Shown piece after piece: positions 52,850 to 64,000 of a DNA stretch of 64,000 nucleotides (its first letter is position 1; each line of letters starts with the position of its first letter). The notes under the pieces were generated by a model that did no database searches, was not told the DNA's origin, and saw only the letters and a program-made list of their open reading frames with translations. The translations under genes and the position numbers were made by a program. The DNA comes from Girardia tigrina. Lineage: Eukaryota. The DNA lies in contig MQRK01215992.1 of the NCBI GenBank assembly GCA_001938485.1, positions 1-64,000 of the forward strand. Direction: 5' to 3'.

Positions 52850-54060
52850 ATTTCTTTTCGATTTAACAAACAAATGCAAAATACTAAAAAAGTAAAGTAT
52901 ACAATCACGTATCAATTTTCTATTAAATCTCTGTTTCATAACAACAAACTCTTCCTTTAATTTAACAATTCCAAAAAGTAATAAACTATTCTTTTTAGTC
53001 TCGAGGTTAAACGAAATATTTGGATGTAAGGGATCCAAACATTTCAGAAAGGAAGACATTTGATCTTTTCTGAACAGATTAGAAATATATCATCAACAGA
53101 AAGCACACAAGATAACAGTTTTGATCCAGTGAACTAATTGATCGTATCATCAGTATTACGCAGAAACTAGAAGTAATTATTTGTACTAATGGTGATCCCA
53201 TAGTGGGGATTGTTTTACCGGTTTTCGGTTTACAGGTAAACCGGTAAATCTACTAAAAACAGTTACTGAATTTACCGGTAAATATCCCGTCAATTACCGG
53301 TAAATGTAAGAACTAAATTAAAGATATTAAAACCGAGAAATATTTTAAAAAATCTAATAATATTATTAATTTAATTGTAATAAAAAGACAATTAGTTTTA
53401 TTATTTACGTGTGAACACACTTTTTAGTTCATATTCATTTTAAATAATCGCTTTCATTTCAAATCAAGAAAGTAAATTTCTTTTGATTTTTATCAATTGA
53501 GGTAAGTGCAATTGCAATGTATTGCAACGCATTTCATTTTTTGGTCATTTTTTACTTAATATAATTTTTAATAGTGTATGCAATAAAAGGACCCATGAAA
53601 TATAATAACTTTAAAAAAGAAAATCAAACAAAAAAATTATCGAGAAGTTATTTTACAAAGTGTACTGAGGGTAATGTATGAATATGCAATATCGAATGTT
53701 GTGGTAAATCAGTCAAGAGTAAGAGCAGAAGCACAAGTGGCATGCACGTTCATCTCAGAACCCAGCACAACATTAATTGGTTGTATTTAAATTTAATATT
53801 TTTTAAAATAACTTTCTGAAAACCAGTAAATCGGTAATACTACAAACATTAACGAATTACCAGTAATTATATTTTCCGGTAAATTTGCAATCCATATCCC
53901 ATAGCTAGACCATCAACTCTCTTCTACCAACAATCTTTGAAAGGAAAATGAACATTTTATCTAGCAAAAATCAAATCATATTGAAATGCTTTGAATTTAT
54001 GTTCTGGTCTTATCTATAAATTCGTGTTGTATATGTAACTCTTAAAACTTGTTGATAGTT
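52850..54060 (-). mobile_element. Penelope-like RT fragment interrupted by a hAT element
   Basis: DGLAMGSP (restored after removing 53204-53896 and one TSD), VDDIY, and LHPNISFNLE. Confidence 0.85.
53204..53896 (+). mobile_element. Deleted Ac-like hAT element with BED zinc-finger remnant
   Basis: Perfect 8-bp TSD TCCCATAG, TAGGGATTG-like TIRs, subterminal TTACCGGTAA repeats, and YFTK..ICNIECCGKSVKSKSRSTSGMHVHLRTQH. Confidence 0.9.
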
Positions 54061-54167
54061 TTTTAAATGAAACAACAGTTACATATTAGATTATGTAATC
54101 AGAATGATGATGATGGATATTCCGTCAAAATATATTGCCCTAATAAATTTTTTAATACGAAATGACG

Positions 54168-54752
54168 TTTTTTACCACGTTTTTATTAGCTTGGTTTCTT
54201 GTCTGTTTGTCTGTTTGTCTGGAACAAATCTTGCGATTGATTTTTCGACCACTTTCAGTCATCCAATTCAGCTGAATTAATAATTTTTTCTAATTTTTTT
54301 TGCAAAAAACCACTTTCGATTATCTACAAATTTATACACTGTATTAAATAGCAATCTTTTCGTTTATTTTCATGAATGAAGTTTTATACAGGCTTGCTTC
54401 CGATGACAATACAATTTGATAAAAAAAATTTGAAAAAACAATTCCTAAATGATAACTAAAAATAGTTAAATAATATTATTAATAAAAAAATTTTTTTATA
54501 AAAACAACCACGTTTTTCAAGCATTACCAATGCACTAAAAAGAGGAAAATAATTTTTTNNNNNNNNNNNNNNNNNNNNNNNNNNNNNNNNNNNNNNNNNN
54601 NNNNNNNNTCAGAAATCCGCCCCACGTTTTTGGTTAGATATAAAATTTCGCACATGTCTAGAAAAAAAATTATTTTCCTCTTTTTAGTGCATTGGTAATG
54701 CTTGAAAAACGTGATTGTTTTTATAAAAATTTTTTCTTATTAATAATATTAT
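54168..54752. mobile_element. Helentron-associated (DINE-1-like) element plus an inverted partial copy across a gap
   Basis: Recurring CCACGTTTT sub-terminal motif, (GTCT/GTTT)n and a core shared with 19222. Region 54471-54558 is the reverse complement of about 54663-54752. Confidence 0.6.
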
Positions 54753-55520
54753 TTAATTTATAAAAAGCAATTTGCGATTTTTTTTCAATTTTCTAAATTT
54801 CAGAAATATAATACTTATTTATTTTGATATCCTTTAAGTAAAGCATTTTATAAAAATTCAAAACATTTTTGTACAATTTTATTACTTCGTTTTTGTTTTA
54901 TAAATTATTTATTTGACCTTTACCTATTTTTTAATATTTTAACTAAAACTTTGTTGCTTTAAAATCTTATTACATAGAAATGTGAAGTGGATAAACTAAA
55001 GGAAACATTCCACAGAGAAACAACCCTCAAAAGAACAATGTCATCTAATAATGAACATACAATCTCCAACAATCTCTGAAATCATATAATTTAATATTTT
55101 TTATAATATTATTATCATTACTTTTTTATCTAATTTATTAAGTTTTTATTTTCCATTCCATTGAGACTGAATTTATATTTCGAGATTGATTATATTTTCC
55201 AATTACATTAAGGTCTGATTTACAATTCCAAATTATTCCAAAACATTTTCCCCAAATTATATTTGATTCTCCAAATAACCGATGAAACTCATAAATATTT
55301 AATTCATATTTTCCTTTATAGGAAAACTAGAGAAAAAAAGATTAAAAATTTTCCGAAAATTATGTTTCTCTAAATTCTTAATTCTTTTTAAGTAAAATTG
55401 ATTATTAATTTTAAAAAATATATAAATAACGAAATTAGGGATTATTTTTTTGGGTTCATTTAGATAAATTTCTTTGGTTTTTGTAATTTTAATAGAAATT
55501 TTAGCATTTTTAATATTTAG

Positions 55521-55836
55521 GGGTCTCAATATGAAACTCGACTGTTTGAAAAATTTACTAACCAAAGATTGTTCCCCAAATGCGGTTCAGTTACTCATAA
55601 ATTACTTTCGAGAAACTTTGCCCCCGAATTGTGAGTACAAGAATCAAGAATCCAAGTCCGGCTCCTCAAACATGAACCATCAGTCAGACGAGAAGATTAC
55701 GAATTCTCTTAAACAAGTATCACTAGATAATCCATCTCGAACAGGATCCTTAAAACTACAGAGAAATCCCTTTATTTTATTAATGGCTATTTCACTTTTA
55801 TGTTCCTATCACGCAATCTCTATTGATATATTGTAA
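55521..55836 (+). CDS. Probable terminal exon of a host gene; Cys-spaced helical region, Ser-rich linker and hydrophobic C-terminus (possible GPI or tail anchor)
   Basis: TTTAG acceptor, then 104 open codons to TAA, flanked by AT-rich intron/UTR-like DNA. No TE motifs. Upstream exons were not identified. Confidence 0.55.
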
Positions 55837-56781
55837 AATTTTATTTTATTTTACACCGGTTAATATAAAATGGATGATCTACTTGTATAATTCATACGAC
55901 TTGAAACTATTAAAAGAAGAACAGAATTTGAATTCTTTTGAAAATTTTGACATGTATTTTTTATAAAATATGAAAAAGTGAAATTTTGTTTTGTATTTCG
56001 TTAAAAAAAATAATTATTTAATGTATTATTTTATATTTTGTAAAACTGGATAATTTTCTTTCAAATAAGTTAATTATAAGTGTGAGTTACAGTGGTATTT
56101 ACCATTCTCTATGCACTTATATAAAAGTTCACACAAGTCAAGAAATCCATTTTAGTCAGTGTTTAGATTCATTTTAAGCTCATTAGGATGTTCATGTCTT
56201 TTAAGATACTGAAAGAATGCCTTTCAAGAAATCGATAATTAACTATGGTATATGGATTGATCTTCCATTGTCCTGGCGTGGTCGCCAGCTTAGTCACATT
56301 GACATTATCTTTGATGATGTATGATTCAGGATTAGAAGCCAACAAATTTATTAATGAAAATTACACACAAATTTAAACAAACTTCTCATTAATTACGCCA
56401 AAATTCATTTCTTAATTTTTCTTTATTATCAAATTTATTCTTTCGTATAAATTTATTAAACTTTCATTTATAAAATTTATCTCTGAAATTTACAATTTTT
56501 GTTAAAAAAATATTCCACTTAACTCTAACTTTAATTTCTTTCAAAATAATTTAGTTTAAAAATATTTACTCGAATTATTGTTTTTTTATAAAAAAAATCA
56601 GTTTAACTTATTATTTTTTATTTTAAAATTTTTACCAAATATTTTCTTTTTAAAAATATATTGGTTTGAATTAATCTAAACTTTTTAACTTACGATTTTT
56701 GTTTATTTTAATTATTATACAGTTTTTTTAAATAAAATCCTTCTTTAATCTTTAGATTTTTAAACTCGATGTACTAATTTG

Positions 56782-57397
56782 GGTACGGGGTCAAAACTGC
56801 CCGGTCAAAACTGTCTAGGTCAAAAATGCCTTGTTTACAAATTTTAGTAATTTTTTTGTTTAATTATTTAATTTGTCACAAAATATATTTATATATCACA
56901 AAAATATATAAAAAACACAATCGAAATAATTTACCGATTTTTATTTTATATGACAATCATCAGTAATAAATAAAGAAAATTCTCAAATAACCAAACAAGA
57001 ATGAATAAACTCTTTAACCCTTAATAACCTAGAGTTTCAATTTTGATACCAATCTTTTAAACCGAATGTTCACATTACTATTAGTTTTTTTATAGGTTGG
57101 TTGTACGTATTTTACTGTTGTATAATATTCTTTCCAACGAAATTAAAAATATTAAATTAATATTATTTTATCTATGACATATTGCAAACACAGTAATATT
57201 AAAAATAAATCACTTTCGTAAATCAAGCTACTTAGGGTTAATAAATAATAAACCTTTATTTTATGAGTATGACAAATACGCAATTGCTCGTAGAAATGTA
57301 AGTTGTCAGTCTGGTTGAACTCCAGTAATAACTATTTATAAACAAGGCAGTTTTGACTCAGGCACAATTAGACCTAGGTAGTTTTTATCAAGAATCC
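56782..57397. mobile_element. Mutator/foldback-like MITE with a possible nested piggyBac-like MITE (57018-57237)
   Basis: Triplicated GGTCAAAACTGCC units at left and their complements at right, plus an internal TTAA|CCC...GGG|TTAA. Confidence 0.6.
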
Positions 57398-58439
57398 TTT
57401 TTGTTTTACGTAATTATTTAATTTTTATTAAAATTTTAATTTAAACATTTTTATAAATTATTTGGCGAATTGAAATTTTGACTAACTCCTGATAATATTA
57501 AAATATAATATTATGCTCCAGTACAACTTCTAAAGTTATATTTATTCATTTGAGGATTTTATTAAAAAATATTTATTATTCTTTACTCAAGTATAAATAA
57601 TTATAAAATTTAGTTAGTTTTAAATTGTAACCATTTTCAATTATCACCAATAATTTTAGGTTTAAATCCTAGAGATCCTAATTTAGGTGTAAGTTATAAT
57701 AACTCTTAAATAGACATTTTGTAATAGATTTTATATATAATTCCCAAAAAAATAATATACTCAAAACTTTCGCGCCCACAAATTATTAATTTAGCAGACA
57801 AATGCAGTGCGTTTTATAAATTCCTGACTTCGAAATAATAATTCAGTTATTTATGATTTAAAAGTCTCTACATAAATATAGATCGAAATGCTATCATGCA
57901 AGATTTTACAGATAGAACAAACAACTTCCACTTATGTTTAAGTAAATTCATTCAGACATAATTACACCTTAGTTTTAGATGACCACAAAGAAGGCCTACA
58001 TAAATATGAACATGACATTGCATAACATTGTCCCGGAGGATTGGAGAATTATAATTTGAATACCATACCCAACTTTTAACATCAGCGTGGTAAGTAGCTT
58101 GTCCACGAATACATTAGAGTTGCGAAAATTGTTAATGATTTGTTTCAAGTTTTTTCTGTTGTGAAATGATGAAAAATCTTCATCTATAAAAACCACGTCC
58201 ACATTTAGATTTTCACGTAGGATTACAGAATGAGATAAGGGTAATCGGTTAGTAATAGTTATTACAAAGGACACAATATATGTCTCATTAAAAGAGGCTG
58301 AGGATTTCTGTCCTTAGAGGTAGTACATAGGGCATTTAATAAGTATCCAACCTAAGGTACAAAAATGTAATTGCAAATTATAGTTTTCTTTGTGATTAAA
58401 TAAATTAATATAGGTTTACATTTTAGTAATTGTGAATAA

Positions 58440-59637
58440 ATTTGAATACAATTGGTAAACTGCCGAACAAAAAATTTCCAAGCCAATCAAAATTTATTAA
58501 TTTCGACGGTTTAACCGTCATCGTCAGAATAAATGATTTTTCAAACGAAATTTACTTCTATAGTGCAGTTAATGATTATGCAATTAATACGTAATCAGTA
58601 CATCATTTAAAAACTCCCAACAAAGTTGCAAAGAATGTAGTTTGAACGTTAATTTTAGGATCCCAAGATCTTGTATATAAAGCTTTACAAATTACTCTCT
58701 TCCAAAAATTTTTAAATTGAGTGCACAGAATTTTAAAGCGTTGTGAATTTAAATCTCCTTTACAATGTATTCTATGCCCTGTGATGTTACTTCCACCTTC
58801 CTTACGACTGTGTTCCTGGATTCTCTTACAGTGATGACGTGAAGTCTCTCCAATGTATGTGGTCTTACACCCATTACATGTATATTGGTAAATGAGATCC
58901 GAATACAATCCTAATGGCGTTGGAGATTTATTGCCGAACATGCTTTCAATTTTTTTGGGTACGGGATATTACTCTTAAACTTTTAGCATTCAAAATAGAA
59001 TTTCTTAATATTTTAAACCCCTATAAAACAAATATTCAATTTCTAAACTTTTATCATTAGTGTTCCAAGGTTGCTCTTGATCTTGAACATTTAAAATTTT
59101 ATTATTGTTATTAAATATTCTAACAGTCAATTTTAAAGCAGTATCAAAGTAATCTTTTTCTGAAGCAATAAATCTGTTATATCTTGAGGAAGGTCTATTG
59201 AAAGCTTGTCGAGACGTCACAAAACATTTTGCTTTGGAGAACGTTTTTTATTGGAGATAAAATATTGTATTCAAATTTCAAAAGATCAAGTGAATTAAGC
59301 GTGGAGAATTAATGGAAATGCTATGTTATTAAATTTTTAAGTAGTGCATTGTCAGATAAATATAGGATAAGGGTACATGTTATCTTCATTTATCTGAAGA
59401 AGTTTTTTGGTGGCAATCCGTGTGAAGTCATCTAGTTAAGCCTGAAAATATTTGTTTTTACCAACAAAGTTTTTTGTCGGACTAAAGAATTTTATGAGAA
59501 TAGTGTTGCTTCTTTTGGAGTGGCTACGTTTTCATGGAAAGAAGTGTCAGATCAATATGTGTGATGGTCTCCGAAGGATTCAATAAAACAGCTTTACAGA
59601 AAGGTTTCACAGATTTTGAAGTAAACATAAAAATGAA
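58440..59637 (-). mobile_element. Penelope-like element: decayed RT, GIY-YIG endonuclease (ORF 58603-58941) and pLTR
   Basis: LIYQYTCNGCKTTYIGETSR..RIQEH and FKIL..R...KALY....PKINVQ, with a hammerhead downstream. Confidence 0.9.
58485..58538 (-). ncRNA. Minimal PLE-type hammerhead ribozyme, intact core
   Basis: auu-CUGACGA-U-GACGG[uuaaa]CCGUC-GAAA-UUAA-UA-aau, with a perfect 5-bp stem II and palindromic A-UUAA-U stem III. Confidence 0.75.
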
Positions 59638-59893
59638 AGCGAGTCGTACCGCTCGGATTCAACCGTCCGCTCCACACTCCCCGCTGTCTCACACATCTCA
59701 ATGGAGCTTCGCGACCCCATCAATGCAGCATCCGGGTAGCGGTTTGACGAGTCGACGGGATCATATGCCTCTTCGATGCGGTAATGCGGTACGAGAAGCC
59801 GCGGTGAGTCGGACCGATGAACTGTTGTTCAGTCGGACCCGAACGAGAGCCAGCCGACATTGAACCGGCCGATAATTCCCGCGCGAGAAAGTG

Positions 59894-59925
<32 letters not shown>

Positions 59926-59975
59926 NNNNNNNNNNNNNNNNNNNNNNNNNNNNNNNNNNNNNNNNNNNNNNNNNN

Positions 59976-60013
<38 letters not shown>

Positions 60014-60412
60014 ATATCCCAACATTATAATTATAATAAAGCCCTAACTACCTTATGTAGTTAGGGATATTGAAATTTAAATTAAAAATTAAAATTAAAT
60101 AATATGATTGATTAATCGATCAGAAATAATAAATTAGACATAAAAAATTGAGAAAAAGAATTGGAAGCCATATAATTACTATTTGTCATTTTTAATTTTT
60201 TTATCCTTATGATTTCGATTATTGGCATTTTCGTGAAGAATTGATCATATTCAATAGACATATTCAATATATATATATATATATATATATATATNNNNNN
60301 NNNNNNNNNNNNNNNNNNNNNNNNNNNNNNNNNNNNNNNNNNNNNNNNNNNNNNNNNNNNNNNNNNNNNNNNNNNNNNNNNNNNNNNNNNNNNNNNNNNN
60401 NNNNNNNNNNNN

Positions 60413-61352
60413 ATTATTTTCAATCACTTTCTTCCACCTTTCCGGTAGCTTCATTATTCCTGATTCATAAAAACCTTTGCCTTTGTCAGCAAAAAAACCG
60501 TCTAGGAACGATTTGATGTCATCATCACTGGGGAATGTTTTTCTGTTTAATGAATTCTGCAGTGATCTAAATAAGTGAAAATCCGATGGGGCCAAATCTG
60601 GAGAATACGGTGGGTGCGGTAAAACCTCCCAACCCAGTGATAAGAGTTTCTGGCGAGTGGTCAAACTTGTATGTGGTCTTGCGTTATCTGCTGAATTACA
60701 ACTCATTTTCGATTTACCAATTCAGGACGTTCCTGTTGAATTGAATGAGCCAATTTCTCCAGCTGACCACAATATCTGTCTGTTTCATTCCTCGGAAGGA
60801 GTTCAAAAAACACAATTCCTTTAAAATCCCACCAGACGGAAAGCATAACCGTCTTTTGGTGAATTTCTGCTTTTGCGATCGTTTTGGCAGGCTCACCACG
60901 TTTTGTCCATGATCATCGGCGTTCCACATTGTTGTAAACAATCCATTTTTCGTCGCCCGTAATCAAGCGCTTCAAAAATAGATCACTTTGTTCTCGCTTC
61001 AAAAGGGAATCGCAAATGTCTATACGTTTCACCAAATGAATTTTTTTCAGTTCATATGGCAACCACATATCGAGTTTACTGACGAATCCAAGTTTCTTTA
61101 AATGACATCCATTACTTGATTTTGATATTTCCAGAGTCTCTGCAACTTCTCTTGTCGTCATATGTGGATTAGATTTGATCAATGCTGTTATTTTGTCGCG
61201 AAACAAAATCAATTAATATTTTGTATAAACATAGTCTGAAAATTAAGGTTTCAGAATATATAATTGAATTTAAATTTTATCATATCGTTTTATATTTTCA
61301 AGCTTTTTATTATGACGTACTCAAAAACGCAATGACTTTTTGGTCAACCCAA
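60413..61352 (-). mobile_element. Relatively young mariner (DD34D); 3' end lost in a gap
   Basis: 5' TIR TA|TTGGGTTGACCAAAAAGTCATTGCGTTTT, then WLPYEL, LITGDEKWIVYNN, DNARPH and HPPYSPDLAPSDFHLF. Frameshifts and an internal deletion are present. Confidence 0.95.
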
Positions 61353-62680
61353 TATATATAATTGATCGATTTTTATTAACGATTTATTAATTCCTATCGC
61401 AAAATTTTCATTTGCATACATTTTTGTGTTAGTTTATTCATTTTCCCGTTTATTTCAATTTCCAGAGGATACTATTAAATTTGGCTGTAACAAACCTTAA
61501 TTAATTTCGATTGTAATCCCAATTGCATCCTCAATCGTCATCATCGTCCGTTTTCAATAACAACACCTCCACAATACCCAACAATCGTTCCATACTCAAA
61601 GAATTTTGAGCTTGAATAAAAATTCCAATTGTAATAAAAATTATTTGACCGCTGCGTTTTTTGTCAATCTCGTTTGATGTCAGCACAATTATAAACACAA
61701 TAACAAGTCGAATTGTCAGGATTTGATACCAATATTTTTGCAGTTAGTCTATTATATTGTTATACAATATAGTTTAGTTAAAATTATTTTTGCTATTTAT
61801 ATTTACGTGGTTTGGATTTAAATAAACTTGATATTTAAAAAAATGTCATTTTTGGCATTATCAAACTCAGGAATTGGTAGCGTTTGCATGAATTTCTGGT
61901 ATTTTTTATTTTAAAGTATAGTAATGGTGTCCGGTACTTTCATCGCATAGGTAATTTCTTCGTCCAAATGGCAAGTTAATTTAATCTTTGATAAAAGATA
62001 GTTTTTCAAATTTTTTAATTTAAATTGATTTATTGAAAAATAATTGTGAGGGATATTGGAATGATGTTCGAATAATGTTGAGTGATTTTTGAATGAGTTT
62101 TATAGTATGTTTGAGACTGGTTGGTGTTTAAAGCATGACATTTCTCCCTTAACAATTGAAGTCAATTATTGTCGAATTTAAAAATTTATATTACTAATTG
62201 TATAATAAATTAATTGTTATTTAACAATTAATTAAAAATACAATTGTTTTAATCATTGCATATTTTGGCAATTTTTTGAAGAATCAATTGAAGAAACAAG
62301 TCATGCCCCAGACGCTTATTACTGATCATTTTAGTCTTAATAAATTTGGTAATAAGACTTCGGCTGTTAGTAACCTTAATAATAATAATAAATCAAGGTT
62401 TGAAATTTATAATTTGTTCTAATGATTGAAATTATAAAATACTCAAGAAGATCAACTCGATGCAACACAATACAATAATATACAAAATACAACACATACT
62501 GCATTATTCAAAGTATTCCTCACAACATAAATCATTTTTATTGAAATATAAAGAAGTGAGTGGTACACTTCATTTAACAGAGGTATTTATAAATGAGTGG
62601 TATTTGACTTTTATAAAAAATAATTTCATAAATTTATGCAAAAAAGGTAGTAAATGTTTTATGTTTATTTTGCAAAAATC

Positions 62681-63206
62681 TTCTTCTTCTTCTTCTTTTG
62701 ACCTTAGCCGTTGGCCCGTAGGTGCACCCAATTATAAACAAGCCTTCGCCACTTCTTTCTATTTGTAGCTTCTTTTCTCAGACATTCCATAGTCAGTCCA
62801 GTCCATTCTTTTAAATCGTCCATCCATTGCCTCTTTGGTCTTCCTCTTGGTCTTTCTCCTTCCACTCTTCCCTCAATCATAACCTTTGTTAATACTTGTT
62901 TTCTTATTTGATGACCGTAGAATTTTAGCTTCCTTCTCTTGATGATCTCTTCTATTGATTCCGGTCTTTTACCTAGTATTTCTGTCACTCTCCTCCAAAC
63001 AAAGTCATTTGTCTTCTTTTCTTTCCACGTGATCTTCAGCATTCTCCTGTAGCACTTCATTTCAAACGCTTTAAGCCTATCCATACTCTTCTGATTTATT
63101 GTCCAACTCTCGCATCCATAGAGGAGTGTTGCCCAGACAATAGCCTTAGTGATCTTCAATCTGCTCTTGAGATGGATTTCTTTGAGGAAAAAAAAATCAA
63201 AAAAAA
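62681..63206 (-). mobile_element. 5'-truncated RTE-clade LINE
   Basis: LLYGCESW, FEMKCYRRML, LKFYGH and GERPRGRPKRQW motifs, a (GAA)n tail, and a perfect 9-bp TSD GCAAAAATC (62672-62680 / 63207-63215). Confidence 0.93.
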
Positions 63207-64000
63207 GCAAAAATCCAGACTAGCAAAATGATCAGTCAATCATTCAATTTTCCGCTCCAGTTTATAAGGATGGGAGTGATTTTCTTAATAAATTGTAGCA
63301 TTTCAATTGAGAAAGGTTCCTAATCCGTGTAATATATCGATAGAACGCAGACAACTAGTGAAAGTTTTTCCTTCGATCATCATGGAAAAAATTAATTTTA
63401 AGTTAAAATAAATTATTTGTTAGTTAATGTATTAACAAATGATAAATAAAATTTTAATGAAAATATTTCCCATTTATTTAATAAATAACTGTTAAATGGA
63501 TAATAAAAAACGAATATTGAAAACTAAAATAATTGTGTAAATTTATCATCCGTTGCTACCGCCATGAAAAGAGGATTTATTTGCTTTTTAAAAAAAAATA
63601 ATCTTTTTTGGAAAAATAAATTTATTAAAAATATTTTTTAAAATAAAATAAAATGGTTTTTTTGTATTGAATTTTTTAAAATATATTTTCATTAAACGAA
63701 AAATTTTCCAAGAAAAAAAATTTTTTAATTGATAATTTAAATTTTCTACCGTAATAAATTAATTATATATTTTAATGAATTTAAGTGAATAAAATTTCTA
63801 CTGATTAGTGAATTAATGATAAATTAAGAAATAAATGAGTATTTTTTATTGCAATTTCCATCTATAATTAATAAATGTAGATTTGAAATAAGAAATGTTT
63901 TCCCTAGATTTCGATGTAGTAAATATTTAGTTATATAAGTTTCAGTTATTAGTTTTCAACCCCCTGAGACCGAGATAAATGGAATTTTGGAGATTATTTG

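Noticed and set aside
59534-60516. ORFs spanning the GC block, (TA)n tracts and N gaps
   Set aside because: They are open only because of composition, YIYI repeats or Ns.

Overview
Very AT-rich eukaryotic, animal-like draft-assembly DNA with several N gaps, (TA)n microsatellites and short GT-AG introns of about 36-62 nt. The taxon cannot be fixed from the sequence; an invertebrate such as a flatworm is only a guess. The window is mostly a nested transposon graveyard: Tc1/IS630 and mariner elements, hAT, MULE, piggyBac, Harbinger-like and pogo-like MITEs, Helitron/Helentron-type elements, Ty3/Gypsy fragments, Penelope-like elements and one young RTE LINE. I found no complete host gene, only one probably intact terminal exon (55521-55836) and a few decayed intron-containing gene remnants. 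The most unusual structure is a ~0.94-kb LTR-like segment (11720-12663). Its antisense strand carries four consecutive canonical short introns separating self-similar micro-exons of 31, 8 and 23 nt, and the last exon folds into a long hairpin. Minimal hammerhead ribozyme motifs can be read at the 3' ends of the Penelope elements. All calls are by eye; no searches were run.
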